NCBI GenBank assembly: GCA_044892505.1
Contig: CM097883.1
Coordinates: 31,186,001 to 31,250,000, forward strand
Reading direction: 5' to 3'
Source of the DNA: Schmidtea nova
Lineage: Eukaryota
Length of the DNA stretch: 64,000 nt
Shown here one piece after another: positions 14,215 through 27,902 of this stretch. The position numbers were made by a program, and so were the translations under genes. How positions within the stretch are numbered: the first letter of the stretch is position 1; every line of letters starts with the position of its first letter. The notes below the pieces were generated by a model. That model did no database searches, was not told the origin of the DNA, and worked only from the letters and a program-made list of their open reading frames with translations.

Positions 14215-14800
14215 TTCTTCATTAATTTCATTTTGTCCTATATCATCGATGTTCTGTCCAACAACTTCATTAAAATTGGAAATAACTTTACTTCATCTAA
14301 ATTTTCTTGTTCGCTGGTAGTACTTTCATTTTCAGAATCGCTATCTTTAATAACACTCTCCGCATCCTCTATCTCTTCGTCGCCTTCAATTTCAATTTCA
14401 CCTTTATTTTGGTCTGAAGTTACTTTAGGTGTCTGTGCTGTACTGCTTGACGCACCTCTAAAATACTTTAACAAAGCATTCTTCTGTTTGGCAGAATCTG
14501 ATTCACGTTGAAGCCTAATTTTTCTGTATTGTGATTTGGACAAGCGTTGTCTCTTTCTCCAGTCAATTATAATGTATGGTTTAAATAATTTTAAATTTTA
14601 AAAATTTAAATTTTATATATATTTAAAATTTATTTATATGCGTCGTTTCGATTTGCGCTGTTTTCAAAGTTGCGTCGTTCTTGAATTTTCGTCATTTCAG
14701 AGTTGCGTCGTTAAAATTTTGGTTTGCGTCGCTTATATATAGTTATACATTCGTCAATACTAAAAACTCGATTTGCGTCATCTTTTTTAAGTCCCAATTA
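14215..14800 (-). pseudogene. Truncated 5' end of a hAT-like transposase with subterminal GCGTCG repeats
   Basis: Minus strand reads RKRQRLSKSQYRKIRLQRE...ALLKYF plus an acidic linker, resembling ZMYM/TTF-type hAT N-termini. Clustered (TT)GCGTCG motifs at 14640-14780. Runs into an N gap. Confidence 0.5.
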
Positions 14801-14804
14801 ACGA

Positions 14805-14951
14805 NNNNNNNNNNNNNNNNNNNNNNNNNNNNNNNNNNNNNNNNNNNNNNNNNNNNNNNNNNNNNNNNNNNNNNNNNNNNNNNNNNNNNNNNNNNNNNNN
14901 NNNNNNNNNNNNNNNNNNNNNNNNNNNNNNNNNNNNNNNNNNNNNNNNNNN
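14805..14951. other. Assembly gap (others: 41633-41766, 42132-42348, 46175-46471, 63467-63594)
   Basis: Runs of N. Confidence 1.
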
Positions 14952-16574
14952 ATTCGTTTTAATATTATGAATTATAAAAAATTGTTTGAATATTATTTTG
15001 TAGATAAATATAATTTTCGAATTGTGGCAATTTACTTATTTAATATTATTATTTTCGAATTGTGGTAATTTACTTATTTAATTTGGTTAATTCATCTATA
15101 GATATAACAATATATAGTATTTACATCCAATTATTTATAATTAATTAATTCACTTACCCGCTCAATTAAAAGTTTAATTTATAATATATTAATATTGATA
15201 ATTATATAATTATATATATATATGACATTTAATATTGATATGATAATTAAATTGATATTATGATACATCATACATACACTTGAATATTTTAAAAATTTTG
15301 TAAAAAAATTTTAATGTTTCTTTTTTCGACTTGTAAAACAATAATGAATATGCATACAATATATTTATGTAAAAAAATTACAAAGTTCTCAGGAAACACA
15401 CCGCCACATATGCAATATAATTTCGCTTTTTCAAAAAAAACAAAATAAATAACAAAACTGACAAAAGGAATTAGAAAATTCCATCCTAAAAAGTGTCGCC
15501 GTCGCCTACGCTTAAAACCGGTCTTATATATATGTGTATGTGTGTGTGTGAAAATCTTTTTTAAACGGATTTGTTTAAATAATTTAGTTTGTTAATTAAA
15601 ATTTGTATTTCAAAATATTTGAATTTACTTATTTGAATTTTTATTTAAAAATATGAATGTTTTAAAATCAAGGAGTTCCGACAACAGCGGTAACTCTAAT
15701 AATAAAAATTTGATATTTGTGCCTCACTAGTTTTCAATGAAAAAATAATAATTTCTAGAATTTCTACATTGAGTCGAATTACTTTTTTGTGCACCTATTG
15801 CTAAAGTTTTAATAAGTTTTATGTCAAGTGCTCACTAATTTCTATTTTATTAATTGTTTGTTTTTATGATTTAAAAAGAAATAGTTAAAATTTTAACTCA
15901 CAAATATACAAATTTTAGTGAAATTTAAAATGCACAAATATTATTAAAAAACCAATAATAATTTTTCTTTCAATCTCATTTCTATAATTATTCAAAATAA
16001 TTAAATTGAAAAAAAAATATTTTTACATAATTAAATATGAAAATAAAATGCCATTTCTACTATGTTATTCAAACTAGTATATACCAAAATTTTAACAATC
16101 GCCCTTTATGCTGCCAAATTAGTTATTGTATCAAGGGGGGCACTAAAAAATCTTTAAAATAGAAATTTAGATTTAACCAATTTACTCACAGAATTGCTGT
16201 CAAAATAATAGAAAACTAAAGAGTATTTGATATTAATTCTACTGACTAATTAATAAGTAAACAGGACATGGAAAATAAGGAAAATCTTTAAAAGTCAAGG
16301 GCACTCTATTTAAATTAATATCTTTTCTAATTAAATCTACGAACAATCCAGAAATTCTCTGAAGAAATATTTAAACAATATTTAATTTATATTTAATACA
16401 TTAATATTGAAAATTTTAGATTTTCTAATGTGAAAAATTCTGTTATATTTTAAAGTTTTTTCTTCTTTTTTTACCTGTTTATTTTTTAAAGGATAACTTT
16501 CTATAAGTATGTTAGTGTATAGATATATAATTTGACATCTTAATCTTCAGTCTGTGCATTTTGGGTCGACGATT

Positions 16575-17860
16575 CCCGGTAAGTTTATCGAAAACGAGTT
16601 TATCGAAAACGAGTTTATCGAAAGCGAGTTTATCGAAAACGAGTTTATCGAATGATTAATTGATCGAATGACGAGTTTATCGAAAAATATTATTTTTAAG
16701 GAACTTACGAATTGTGGATTTTATCTCAAAAAAGCATGTCTCTTAAAAAATTAAAAACTTTTAAATATTTTATTTATATACAACCACAATGCCTGGATAG
16801 TGGAAATTCTCGTTGAAATGCGTTGATCATTGCGACTTCAAAATCCGTCATTATAGTTTGAGGATTGCAATGACCAGTTAATTCTTTTACTGCTTTCAAA
16901 AAACGTACATATGTTTCCTCTCGTTTATTTGGGAGGAGACCAAATATTAATGGAATTGATCTATTATCTTCCAATCCATGAATAGTATATAATTGTTCAA
17001 ATAATGGAGGAACGGTTTTAAAAGTACCATCACCGTACCAATGAAGAGAACGCCGTAAAATATCCAAATTTGCTTGTGTTGAAAAAATTAATATGTGGTC
17101 GTCATCCTCAGCTCCAGAATCATATAAAAGAAATTTTTCATTTTTGTTTGTTTTTGTATATTCATCACTGAATACAATATCACGCCTTGATCTGGGAATC
17201 GGTGGGCCTTTATTTTTCTTCGCTCTAACATTCCGTATAGTTCTCGCAAGATTCGGCACGCTGGGCAATTTGGCGGCAACACTTCGGCTTACTAATGCTG
17301 AAGATGAAGCTACAATATATTGTGGTGCATCACGAGTAATGAGGGCTTCCTGGCGAATGCAGCTGATGACATTTTTAGCTTGAACGCTTGCTGCATCTAT
17401 CACATGATTGTGAATATTTTTAAAATTAACTAAAATGCCGTTTTCCGTTATTACACGAGCACTGCATTTAGTTTAATAATTTTCACATCGCCAATATATT
17501 TTGGCTTCAAAACTTTTGACCTTATAGAATAAACATCCATTTAAAAACAATTTCTGTTTTCCTTTTTCACTAATAAAGAATTGTAAATCCATTTTCAAAT
17601 TAATTTTTTCAATAATTTTTACCTAAAACGAATTTTTTGCAACAAATGCTATTATAAACACATTTTAAGTAAAAAATTTAAGAAAAAATTTAAAAGTTTT
17701 TAATTCCTTAAAAATAATATTTTTCGATAAACTCGTCATTCGATCAATTAATCATTCGATAAACTCGTTTTCGATAAACTCGCTTTCGATAAACTCGCTT
17801 TCGATAAACTCGTTTTCGATAAACTCGTTTTCGATAAACTCGTTTTCGATAAACTAGTCG
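16575..17860 (-). mobile_element. Mutator-like element (MULE), internally deleted, with modular TIRs
   Basis: Inverted arms (~16581-16703 and ~17706-17855) built from GAGTTTATCGAAAAC repeats flank a MULE transposase. TSD not resolved. Confidence 0.85.
16774..17592 (-). pseudogene. FLYWCH-MULE transposase, one nonsense codon, C-terminally truncated
   Basis: ATG at 17592: MDLQFFISEKGKQKL...IYWRCENY*TKCSAR...HNH (FLYWCH), in frame with ORF 16774-17403 (WYGDGTF, LYTIHG, MTDFE, CGC). Confidence 0.88.
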
Positions 17861-19849
17861 GCTACCATATTTTTCTAAAAAGCTAATAAATATAAAATCA
17901 AATTAATATTGAAGAATATAGATAAACTTTCAAAGCTTCTATAGTAATCTTATATCATTGTAAGATCAAAATGGAAGCATTAAAGATATCTTAATAAAAA
18001 AAACTTACCTGATAGCCATTTTAAAAAAAATGGCTTAATGAATTATTTCAACAAAGTAACCTACTTGTATCATAGTTACTTTTAATGCTTGAAACCAGGT
18101 GTATATATGCTGTTGGGAATTTCTCTTGCAGACATTTTAAAACAAGGAATATTTGAATTGGTAACGCACACGTACACGGTATTTGATTTATCGTCGATGA
18201 AATTGAATTTATTTTAATTTTTTATAAATTTTATTTATTTTACAATATTGTCTGTAATCGCGATAACACGATGTGTGTATCTACCTGACTGTCGTGTTAG
18301 ATGTTATCGCGCATTAAACTATTCAATTAAAACGCATCAGATTTAAGCAATATTGTTTTTTATTCTGTTTCTGTTATCTTTTTGATATTCTGAAAGGGAT
18401 TTTTTCTATAATTTTTTTAAATAATTTCCTACTTTTAGTCCAATCAGCATGCTTTAATTATGTTCTTTCGTATTTTAATACCAGCTATTATCTTTCTCCA
18501 TTAATTTGCTTGTGGTTATTTGTATATAAATCCAACCTGTAATCAAATTGTCTGTACTCCTTTGAGGTGTTTTTTCTTTATCGTTTTCTTATCACGAAAG
18601 TACTACGAAAAAAAGTTTATATTCCTAATATATTGGTGTTTAAAACCTTTTGCGTTTTAGGATATTCTTTACTTGTGTTTGATTAACCTCGTGTGTTATG
18701 TCTTTACTCTAAGTTGCTTGACCAGTTATCACGTATTTTAAATCAACTTCTTGTTATTGCAAGTGTATTTGTAATGCAATTAAACAATCAGAAAACTTCA
18801 CTTGTGTTGATCTAACAAGTATTTTAATCCAGAAGAGAAGCTGGTAAACAAAAAACTATCTGATTTCCTAAACTTGACTACTAATATCAATAAGGTCGAT
18901 GACGATTTAAAAGTCGATCTTAAAATGATTTTTAGTCGATCGCTAATAAATAAAATTAATTAAAATCCAGTCAAGTCAGCTAAAGATTTCTTTAAAAAAT
19001 TCGTATAATAAAAATTATTACAATAATCTTTTTGTTTCACCTTTGATTTTTTTAAAATATTAATATCAATAATTCCCATAATGAATGACTATAGATCAAA
19101 AATTTTTTAAATAGGTACACAATATTTCGGCACAGCCTTTATCAAGTGTGTATTGTAATAGACTTTACATCATAATTAGTTAAAACAAGTACTTTAAAAG
19201 AAAAAAAATTCAGTAATATCTGGGTTAATAATAAAAATTATGTATTTTTTAAAAAGAAGTTATTTTTATTTTTTACTTAAACTTTGATTTAAAATTATTT
19301 ATATGTAAATTTATTTATAAATCTTCCTAGCCAATTTATTTTAAATATAAATAAAAAGCATTTGGCTCTTTTTTTCTGCGTCGTTTTGTGGCCCTTAAAT
19401 GAACTTTCATGTATCATTATTAAGATGTTTATTTAGATTTATTTTTAAAAAAAATAATTATTTACATTTTTAATGAGTGGCCATTGAAACAAGTTGAGAT
19501 GAAGCCGATCTAATCAAAAATGAAGTTGACATGTCGTCTGATATATAAAAGAAGCTGTATTAATTTTACAAATTCTTTTCATTTTTTGATTACATTTTTA
19601 TCACTTTGCCGTGGAAATTACAAATTTTTAATTTACAAGTTTCTTCAGTTGATAATTATACTGACTACTTTGACTTCCCGGCCAGTTTTCAATTATCCTT
19701 CGCCTCATATTCTGTAAAACACAACCAAAACAGCCTCCATTTATCAATAGCAGCGTGGGACTAAATGAGGAAAAATGTCAAATGGGCAAATTTTAAATTC
19801 CACCTCTGACATAGATTTTTCCTATATTTATCAGTTGACATTTATATGC

Positions 19850-19852
<3 letters not shown>

Positions 19853-19922
<70 letters not shown>
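19853..19922. repeat. (TA)n microsatellite (others near 22110, 24190, 44100, 61700, 62575)
   Basis: Read directly from the sequence. Confidence 0.95.
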
Positions 19923-19926
<4 letters not shown>

Positions 19927-20224
19927 AAAACAAAAAATGGTTTGTTATATTTTCATTTAATAATATTTTATTAATAGGCACCATGCGGCTTTTGGGATTT
20001 ATTTTATATTTTGATAGATTTTAGATTAGGGTTAGGGTTATGGTTAGGGTGAAATAAAGACTTTAAGTTCAAAAAGGTAAGTCACGGTCGAATTAGGGTC
20101 ACCTTTTTAGGTGATTTTAGGGTCAAATAAAGTAGGTCATATATGAAAAATAACGTAGGGAATATAAGAAAAGATTTATAATTTATTTTAGAGGCAATTT
20201 AAATAATTAAGTCAAATTTAATTT

Positions 20225-23200
20225 TAATTAAGTCAAATTAATAATAATAATGATAATAATAAAGCTAAAAGTCAAAAACAATTTACGTGTTAAAAATCTT
20301 AAAAATTCACACAGGTTGTGATGTATGAAATAGTTATTGAATTCTCAGATATTTATGTGTGTGTAATAAATGGGATATAAGCGAAATAGATATTTTAAAG
20401 CACAGAATTGAAACTTATTGCAAAAATCAATATCAATCAAGCCATGGCGACAACCAATGCATTATGAGGAAAAACTAGAGAAAATTGTTAAAACTTAAAA
20501 TAAAATAAAATTATAGAGAAATGTGAATCACTGTGGAATTCACCAATAGTATGTGTGCCAAAAAAAGGAAGTTCTGAAATTCTGAAATTCAAATGTGTTT
20601 GTATTTTAGGATTTTAAATTCAAATACAATTAGACCAGCGTTTCCAATTCCCAATGTTGATGAAATGATCGATTCTTTTTATGGGGCCAAATAGTTTTCG
20701 TCGATTGGCTTAGGAAATGCGTATTATCAAGTTAAATTGAATGAAGAGAGTAAATTTAAAACAGTATTTTCTACAAGACAGGGCAAATTTTTCTTTTATA
20801 TGATGCCTTTTGGAATAGCTGCCATACCATCAACGTTTCAAAAACTTATGACATTAATAATTGGATATATAATGTGGAATGAAACATTAGTCTATTTAGT
20901 TGACATACTGATCTTTTCAAAAACTATTAAAGAACAAAAAGAAAGAATAAAAAAGCTTTCCTTAAAATTAGAAATTCTGAACTAAATATTAACCCCTGAG
21001 AAATGCAAGTTCATAGTATCTGAATTAAAGCTTCTTGGACATATAATTAATAAAAAAAGGTATTAAAACACGAGTCTAAGATTGAAATAATTAAAAATAT
21101 ATAGCAGCTTAATAGTGTGAAAAATCTTAGGAGCTTTTTACGATTGTTTACTTACTATAGAAAATTTTTTCAAATTTACTCAAAAATAGCTAGGCCATTG
21201 GAATTTTTTATTGGAGGTAAAAGCAAAAGTATTATTTGGACATCAAAATGTGAAAAAGCCTTTGACGAGACATTACTATACTATCCGGATCTTAATAAAA
21301 TATTCATTTTTGATACCGATGCTAGTTTTGATTGTATTGGTGCAGTTTTATCGCAAAGGGGTGATGATAACGAAGAAAAGATAATCGCATATGGTTCAAA
21401 AAGTATGAATAAACATGAAATTGGGTGCTGAATAACAAGAAATGAATTATTATCTGTTTTCCATTTTACACAGCATTCTAAACATTATCTGTAGGGGAAA
21501 TATTTATTTTAAGAACTGATCATAAGGCAATCACATTTATGTTAACTACAAAAAAACAAATTACCGCTCAGTTTCAAAATTGGATAAATTTTTTTAAGTA
21601 GTTTGGACATGAAGTTAGAATATCGCAAAGGTGAGAAACACAATAATGCGGATGCACTATCACGACTGAATATTGGAAATTGCACACAATGTCAGATAAA
21701 TCATATTGATGCTAAATCAGAAAACATTTAAACTAAAACTTTAGCAATATCAATAGAAGATCAAACATTTAAATGACAAAGTAATTCTGAAGAAATAATG
21801 GAAATAAAAGAAAACATATAGAACGGCAAAATTGAAGATTATTATGTTGACAATGGAATTATTAACTCATAATAATAAAATATATATTCCTTTATATATG
21901 TAAAATGGTTTAATACTAGAAATCCATAAAGAATTGTGTCATGCAGAAACCAATAAAACGACAAACAACATAAAGAATTATTATAATTTCCAAGAAATGG
22001 ATAAAAGTATTAGGAGTATTATCACAACTTGTGAAATTTGTCAGAAACGTAAAACATTCACTGGAAAAACAAAAGAAGTTATTGAAAAACTAATTGCGCA
22101 TGAACTATTTGAATATATATATATATATATATATATATTGATTTTTGTGCCTTTTTTAAAATGACACCATCTGGCAAAAGATATGTGAGGGCTATAAAAG
22201 ATCATTTTAGTAAATATATAGAATTAGAAGCTGTAACAACACAAGAAGAAAAGACATTAATTGATAATGTGAAAAGTTCGTGGATATTGAAGTTTGGTCC
22301 GTGGATATTGAAGTTTCCTCTATCATGTTGATAGAGGAAAATGTTTCGAATCCCAAGCTTTTATAAATATGGCAGTAAAGTATCACTAGAAGATAGTTTA
22401 TTCAAGTCCTTATCATCATCAATCTAATGGACAAATTGAAAGAAATTAGAAAGCTAAGAGACTGGATTTCCTGCTGTTTCGAATAGAAACAATTTAAGAC
22501 ATTGGAAGAAGCATTGCCTCATATAGAATTTGCAATGAATTCAACAATGCAATCAAGTTGCAAAGTTAGTCCTGTTGAAGTAATTTATGGAAGGAAATTT
22601 TACAAAGAACGTTTTACTAATGGTCCAGAAATTAATGCTAAAGAACCAAAGAACCAAAGAAACATGAAATAGCATTGGATATTAAATCAGTGAACCGGGT
22701 AAATAATTATAATCAGGAAAATCGAATACCAAGATCTTTTGGAGTCGGTGAATTGGTACTCATCAAGTAGGATATCAGAAACAAGCAAGATAACAGGTAT
22801 TAAGGACCTTTTTAAATAATGGAAAAATATAATAAAAATAGTTATTTATTAAGTAATGCTAATAATAAATGTATTACTAGAAATGTGGAATGGCTAAAAT
22901 CATTTAAAACGAGGGGATGTGATGTAATTATAATGGGATATTTGATTTCCTTAACCCCTATTCTATATTTTGCCTAATGTCTGCATGTGTGATTGATTAT
23001 GTTTGATTGACTTGGTCCTCACATGATATCACTTTTTATTATTTCGCAAAAGCTATTGCTGGTTGTTCCGGTGTTTCTGGTTTTTTAAATCTCTCAAGTT
23101 ATTCTTATCCTCTACACAGGTTAAAATATTATACTCGTTATTATATAAAAATAAAATTACATAATAATACTAAACATTCTTTAATAATACTTAAGTTAAA

Positions 23201-24184
23201 AATATCAAGTAAATCTTGCACTATCGATTCTTCAAACTAGTGAGATGACATCCCTGGGATCCAATTTAAATATAAATATTTATAAACAATTGTTCATTAT
23301 CACTGAAATCAATTGATTGAAACAAGTCGTGAAAATGAGTGTTTCGATTGTTAATAAATATCGTTTCTTTGCAGAATAAAATTTTATATTGCCCATGCGA
23401 GTATGCGTCATGATTCATGATCTACATATAGGTGTGTGCGATAAATAACCTACATGACCTGTGTGTGTGCATAATTTATTTTATGTATTTGTTATGCATT
23501 CGCATTGCATTTGTATAAATTATTCCCTGTAATTTAATCAATATAAACTATTTACTTTAATAAAAACTGTTGACAAAAATAAATTATTTCTCATAATAAA
23601 AACACTGTTTAAATGATTTACTTTAATAAACACTCCATTTTATAAACACTCACCAAATAAAACAGATTTGCTATAATAAAAACAGAAAAAGTATAAATAT
23701 TTATTTCTGATCAACAAGATATTATTGTTTATCATTATCTTTCTAATAAATAATATTAATAATAATGTTAATTTAAAATCAATTCATACATAAAAATCTT
23801 AAAAAATTCTCACAAGTCAAAAAATTTAATATTTATTTAAAATTATAGAATCTGAATAAATCAACACTAATTTGAAACACAACTTGAATAAATTACACAA
23901 GTCATAAAAATATTTAACTAATATAATAAAAGAGAAAATATTAAATATAATCAAATTCATAAAAGTCAAATATTCGTCAGATTACACCTCATTAGGATCA
24001 TCATATGGTATGGATCATGCAAACTTCATTGGAAATCTAAATAAAGAAGATATTATTGCAGTAAATAAAATTCTATCAAAAATCAATAAAAATTTATTCT
24101 ACAAAGAATCTATATTTATTATCAATCAAAACACTTATTTTCACTACACGTTCCAATCAATTAATTTCAGCGATAATGAACAAT

Positions 24185-24235
<51 letters not shown>

Positions 24236-24480
24236 ATTCAAAATGGATCCCAGGGATGTCATCTCACCAGTTTAGAGAATCGATAATGCAAGATTTACTT
24301 GAGATTTTTAACTTATATATTTTTTATAAATGTTTAGTATTATTAAGTGTTTTCATTTTTATATAATAACGAGTAAAATATTTTAACCTGTGTGAATGTT
24401 TAAGAATTTTAACATGTGTAGATTATTTTTGATTTTTAATTTAATTTTTATTAATATTACTACTGTTATTTTGACTTAAA
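20225..24480. mobile_element. Inverted-repeat (foldback/MITE-like) element interrupted by Gypsy-2
   Basis: 20225-20316 joined to 23122-23265 is the reverse complement of ~24236-24480 (shared GATGACATCCCTGGGATCC and CACACAGGTTAAAATA). Confidence 0.55.
20317..23116 (+). mobile_element. Decayed, internally deleted Ty3/Gypsy element
   Basis: TG...CA termini, 5-bp TSD CAGGT (20312-20316, 23117-23121), PPT AAAACGAGGGGA, 3' LTR 22918-23116. RT, RH and IN remnants homologous to Gypsy-1, with many stops and frameshifts. Confidence 0.88.
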
Positions 24481-24608
24481 AATAAAAACAATATTTACAT
24501 AATTTGAATAGTCTTCATATATGATCTAAGGCGTTTGATTTGGCATAAGTACCTGGATGACAATGTTTACTGTGAAACAAGAGCAAGTGCGAATGCTTGT
24601 GTTCTCCA

Positions 24609-24752
24609 TTACTGTATCGCACATGTGAAATGGAAGTTAGCGAAGTTTGATTTCAGGTTGACTACTCTTCCATCTTTCCCGACTTTATCGGTGATTGTAC
24701 CAAGACGTAGAGCAAATTCGATAATTGGAATAATTTGAAATGTTTCGGCCAT
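24609..24752 (-). pseudogene. Possible PIWI/Argonaute N-terminal fragment (47 aa)
   Basis: MAETFQIIPIIEFALRLGTITDKVGKDGRVVNLKSNFANFHF resembles the G-x-x-G-x-x-I-x-L-x-(T/S)-N-x-F start of the Argonaute N domain. Motif-level resemblance only. Confidence 0.3.
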
Positions 24753-25999
24753 GATTTTTTTGAAAGTTGAAAAAAGTATATTTTTTGCTTATTTAAAACA
24801 AAAAAAAGAAAGTTCATTTAACATAATATTACATTAATAATTTAATTATCAAATTAATGTCATAATTAAACTGAAAAGTCTGAGGCACTACAAATATATT
24901 TAAATAATATCAATTTTATCTTTTATTATAATTATATTAATGTAATTAAAATAATTAAAATAATAACTTTGATCGTTTTTTTTAAATCAATAATTTTAGA
25001 TTATATATCAAATTTATTTTAGTTGTTAGGTTCACAATATTTTGGCACAGCCTTTATCAAGTGTGTAAAATAATGCCGTTTTTTGTCTCTTTCTCTAACT
25101 CCAATTGATCATCTATTATTATTTTAATTTTAATTTAAAATTTTACCCAGTACAATATGATAAAAAATATGATAAAACAAATTTTAACACATTTTAAAGA
25201 CATAGTAAAAAACTGACAGTCTTGTATTTACAAAAGTGTATCTAAGTGTAAATACTCAAACTCGCCAAACTGAACCGTCAAAAATGCTAAAAGATATTAA
25301 AATATTTTTACGTAATAAGATAGATTTGAATGAAAATCCCAACGTATTCTTTGCCATTATATTCTTAACAATAATCTCAATTTAACACCGGATAAAGGGT
25401 GAAAGACTGAAATTAATAAAATTCCCATTTTTGATTTGAGTATTTATGGAGCTGTCATCTCACCCGTCCAATGCTACGACAATAGCAAAAAAGGGAGAAT
25501 GAGTTGAAATGCTTAGTTCATTTTAACAAAAAAATAATCAAATAATCAAAACAATTTGTAGTAGTTTTTATAAAAATATCTTTAACACCAAATGGTACCT
25601 ATGCACCATATGGAGATAGGACTCTTCAATAACCTACTGGGGAAACATTTCTACTGTCAAACATTTCCATAACACCTGCTTGGGTAATCCTGGAATGAAA
25701 ATTGATCATTTTCTTTATACAGTTTCTTTTTTATTTTTTACAAAGTTAACATATAAAATAAAATAAATAAATAAATAAATATTTAAAATATAAAGTTTTT
25801 TGGGAAAATTAAAAATAAACTTTTTTTAAAATATTATTATTTTTTGACAGATTTCAGAATCTAAAAACTATTATTGAATATTAATTAAAAATTTAAAAAA
25901 AATTCAAAAATTAATGAAAATGAGGAAAAATGGATCGATATATTTCAGGCCAACAAATTATTTAATACAACAATCAAAGCATTACCAACAATGATTATC

Positions 26000-26224
26000 G
26001 GCACTTATTCACTTTACGCCCCCCAGGGTTGAATAAAATAATAAAATAATAAATTATTAAAATAATAAAATAATAAAGGGATGCAATTTTTAATCAATAT
26101 ATTTATTAATTTTGTAATAATACTTTTTCACCTTATTATAATAATATTATTATTATATTATTATATTATATTATTATTTTATTATTTTATTCAACCCTGG
26201 GGGGGCGTAAAGTGAATAAGTGCC
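26000..26224. mobile_element. MITE with ~40-bp TIRs (possibly PIF/Harbinger)
   Basis: GGCACTTATTCACTTTACGCCCCCCAGGGTTGAATAAAATA and its reverse complement. Candidate 3-bp TSD ATC. Confidence 0.8.
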
Positions 26225-26490
26225 ATCATTTGTACAATTAGGCCAGCTTGTAAACTGAATACAGTTCTTCACAAAATTATTTTTGCTGGAATGAATGTTG
26301 CTTGTTTGAATTTCAGCCATGGTAGATATAAATATCACGAGGAGACAATTAAATTAATTAGAGAAGCTACTGACACATTCAAACCGCATTTCCTTTCACT
26401 TGCTATATCGCTTGACACCAAGGGACTGGAAATTAAAACTGGTTTTGAGAATGACAGTCAACCGTAGAAGTGATGCTGTGTAAGAAATCA
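26225..26490 (+). pseudogene. pyk: Pyruvate kinase N-terminal pseudogene fragment
   Basis: Frame 26225-26467 reads [10 protein letters not shown]...[12 protein letters not shown]...[12 protein letters not shown]...[11 protein letters not shown], matching PK consensus IICTIGPA...GMNVARLNFSHG...LDTKGPEIRTG. Conserved residues substituted, frameshift/stop at 26465, MITE immediately upstream. Confidence 0.9.
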
Positions 26491-27902
26491 ATAATAAAAA
26501 TATATGTAAATACTAAATATTCCAAGCAATGCAATAGCAGTCAATTGTGGATTGATTATAATAATACACCGTATAACACGGAATACCACCTTCAGTAATA
26601 TAAAATTAAATTATAATATAGAAGTGGCAAACACTCACCTGTGTGTTATTGGTTTGCTAACAATGAATAACACATTTTATTAAATAATAGACATAAAAGG
26701 TAGAAAGAATTATAGAAAATGCATGCAAACTGTGAATGTATGAAAGTTCTATCAAACAGTACAAACCAATAATAAATTTTAAACACATCAAAGATTGGTG
26801 TGTTACTCAAATCTTTTACTCGAAATTTCGTAGTTGGCGACTGAATTAATTCAAAATTATGTACAAGAACAATATTTTAAAGGTGGTAATCATTGATTAT
26901 TTTTTTAATATATTTTTTTATTAATTTAAATTATTATTAAGTTAAATTATTTTTAAATTTCAAAATATTCAGAAAATAATTCTTAAAAGAAGGTAAATAA
27001 TGTTAATAGTTTAATTATTTTTGTGAGGTGTTAATAGCAAAATTTTAAAATTCATAAAAAAAAGTTTAATAAATATTTATTTAAAAAATGAGATCTTAAA
27101 ATTTTAAATTAAAATTTTATTCATTATGTTGAGTTGCAGAATGCTTGAAATTATAGCTCATAGAAATTATCAATTCTACAGAAAAATATTCAAATAATAT
27201 TGTTTGAATAAGACGTTTTAAAATAATATAATTTTTAAAATTAAATTTTGCTAAATTTTTCGAAGAAAACGAGTGCAATGTAATTGCGACTAACAATTTT
27301 AAAAAAATGTGATTCTAATAAATTGCTTTGAGCACATCATTTGTCATGAGAGTTAAACAACTACATTACTAAACAACTGTTTACTACACCAAAGCGCATA
27401 AATTAAGGGCCAGACAGGCAAAATTTAAAGTATCTATAATAACAAATTATTTTATATATAGAAAAAATATACATACCTACTGCAGATTAGGACAAATAAA
27501 AAAGCTCGGTCATAAATTACGGGCCTTCACTATAGAAAATAAGAAAAATTAATTAGGTCAAAAAAACACACTTACACAACACACGAAAAACCTATAATGA
27601 AAAATACAAACACATGGACATAATTTAAGGGACAGTCTTTAATTAAGGGATTTTAAAATTTTAAAAAATCATGATTTATGATGATATTTCAGAAACATTT
27701 TTGGAATCAACTGTACCATTTATTGGAGAGGATCAAGAAGAAATGTAAACTTACAATTAAATTAAAAAATTAAAAAAAAAATTTTTAGAAATGCAGAAAA
27801 TGAAGCTATAATGCCTCAAATTGCCGAAACTGTAGAAAGAAAACATCGAAAAACGTAAAACAAATTTGAATTTTTAATTTTTAACTTAAAATTTTATAGA
27901 TA

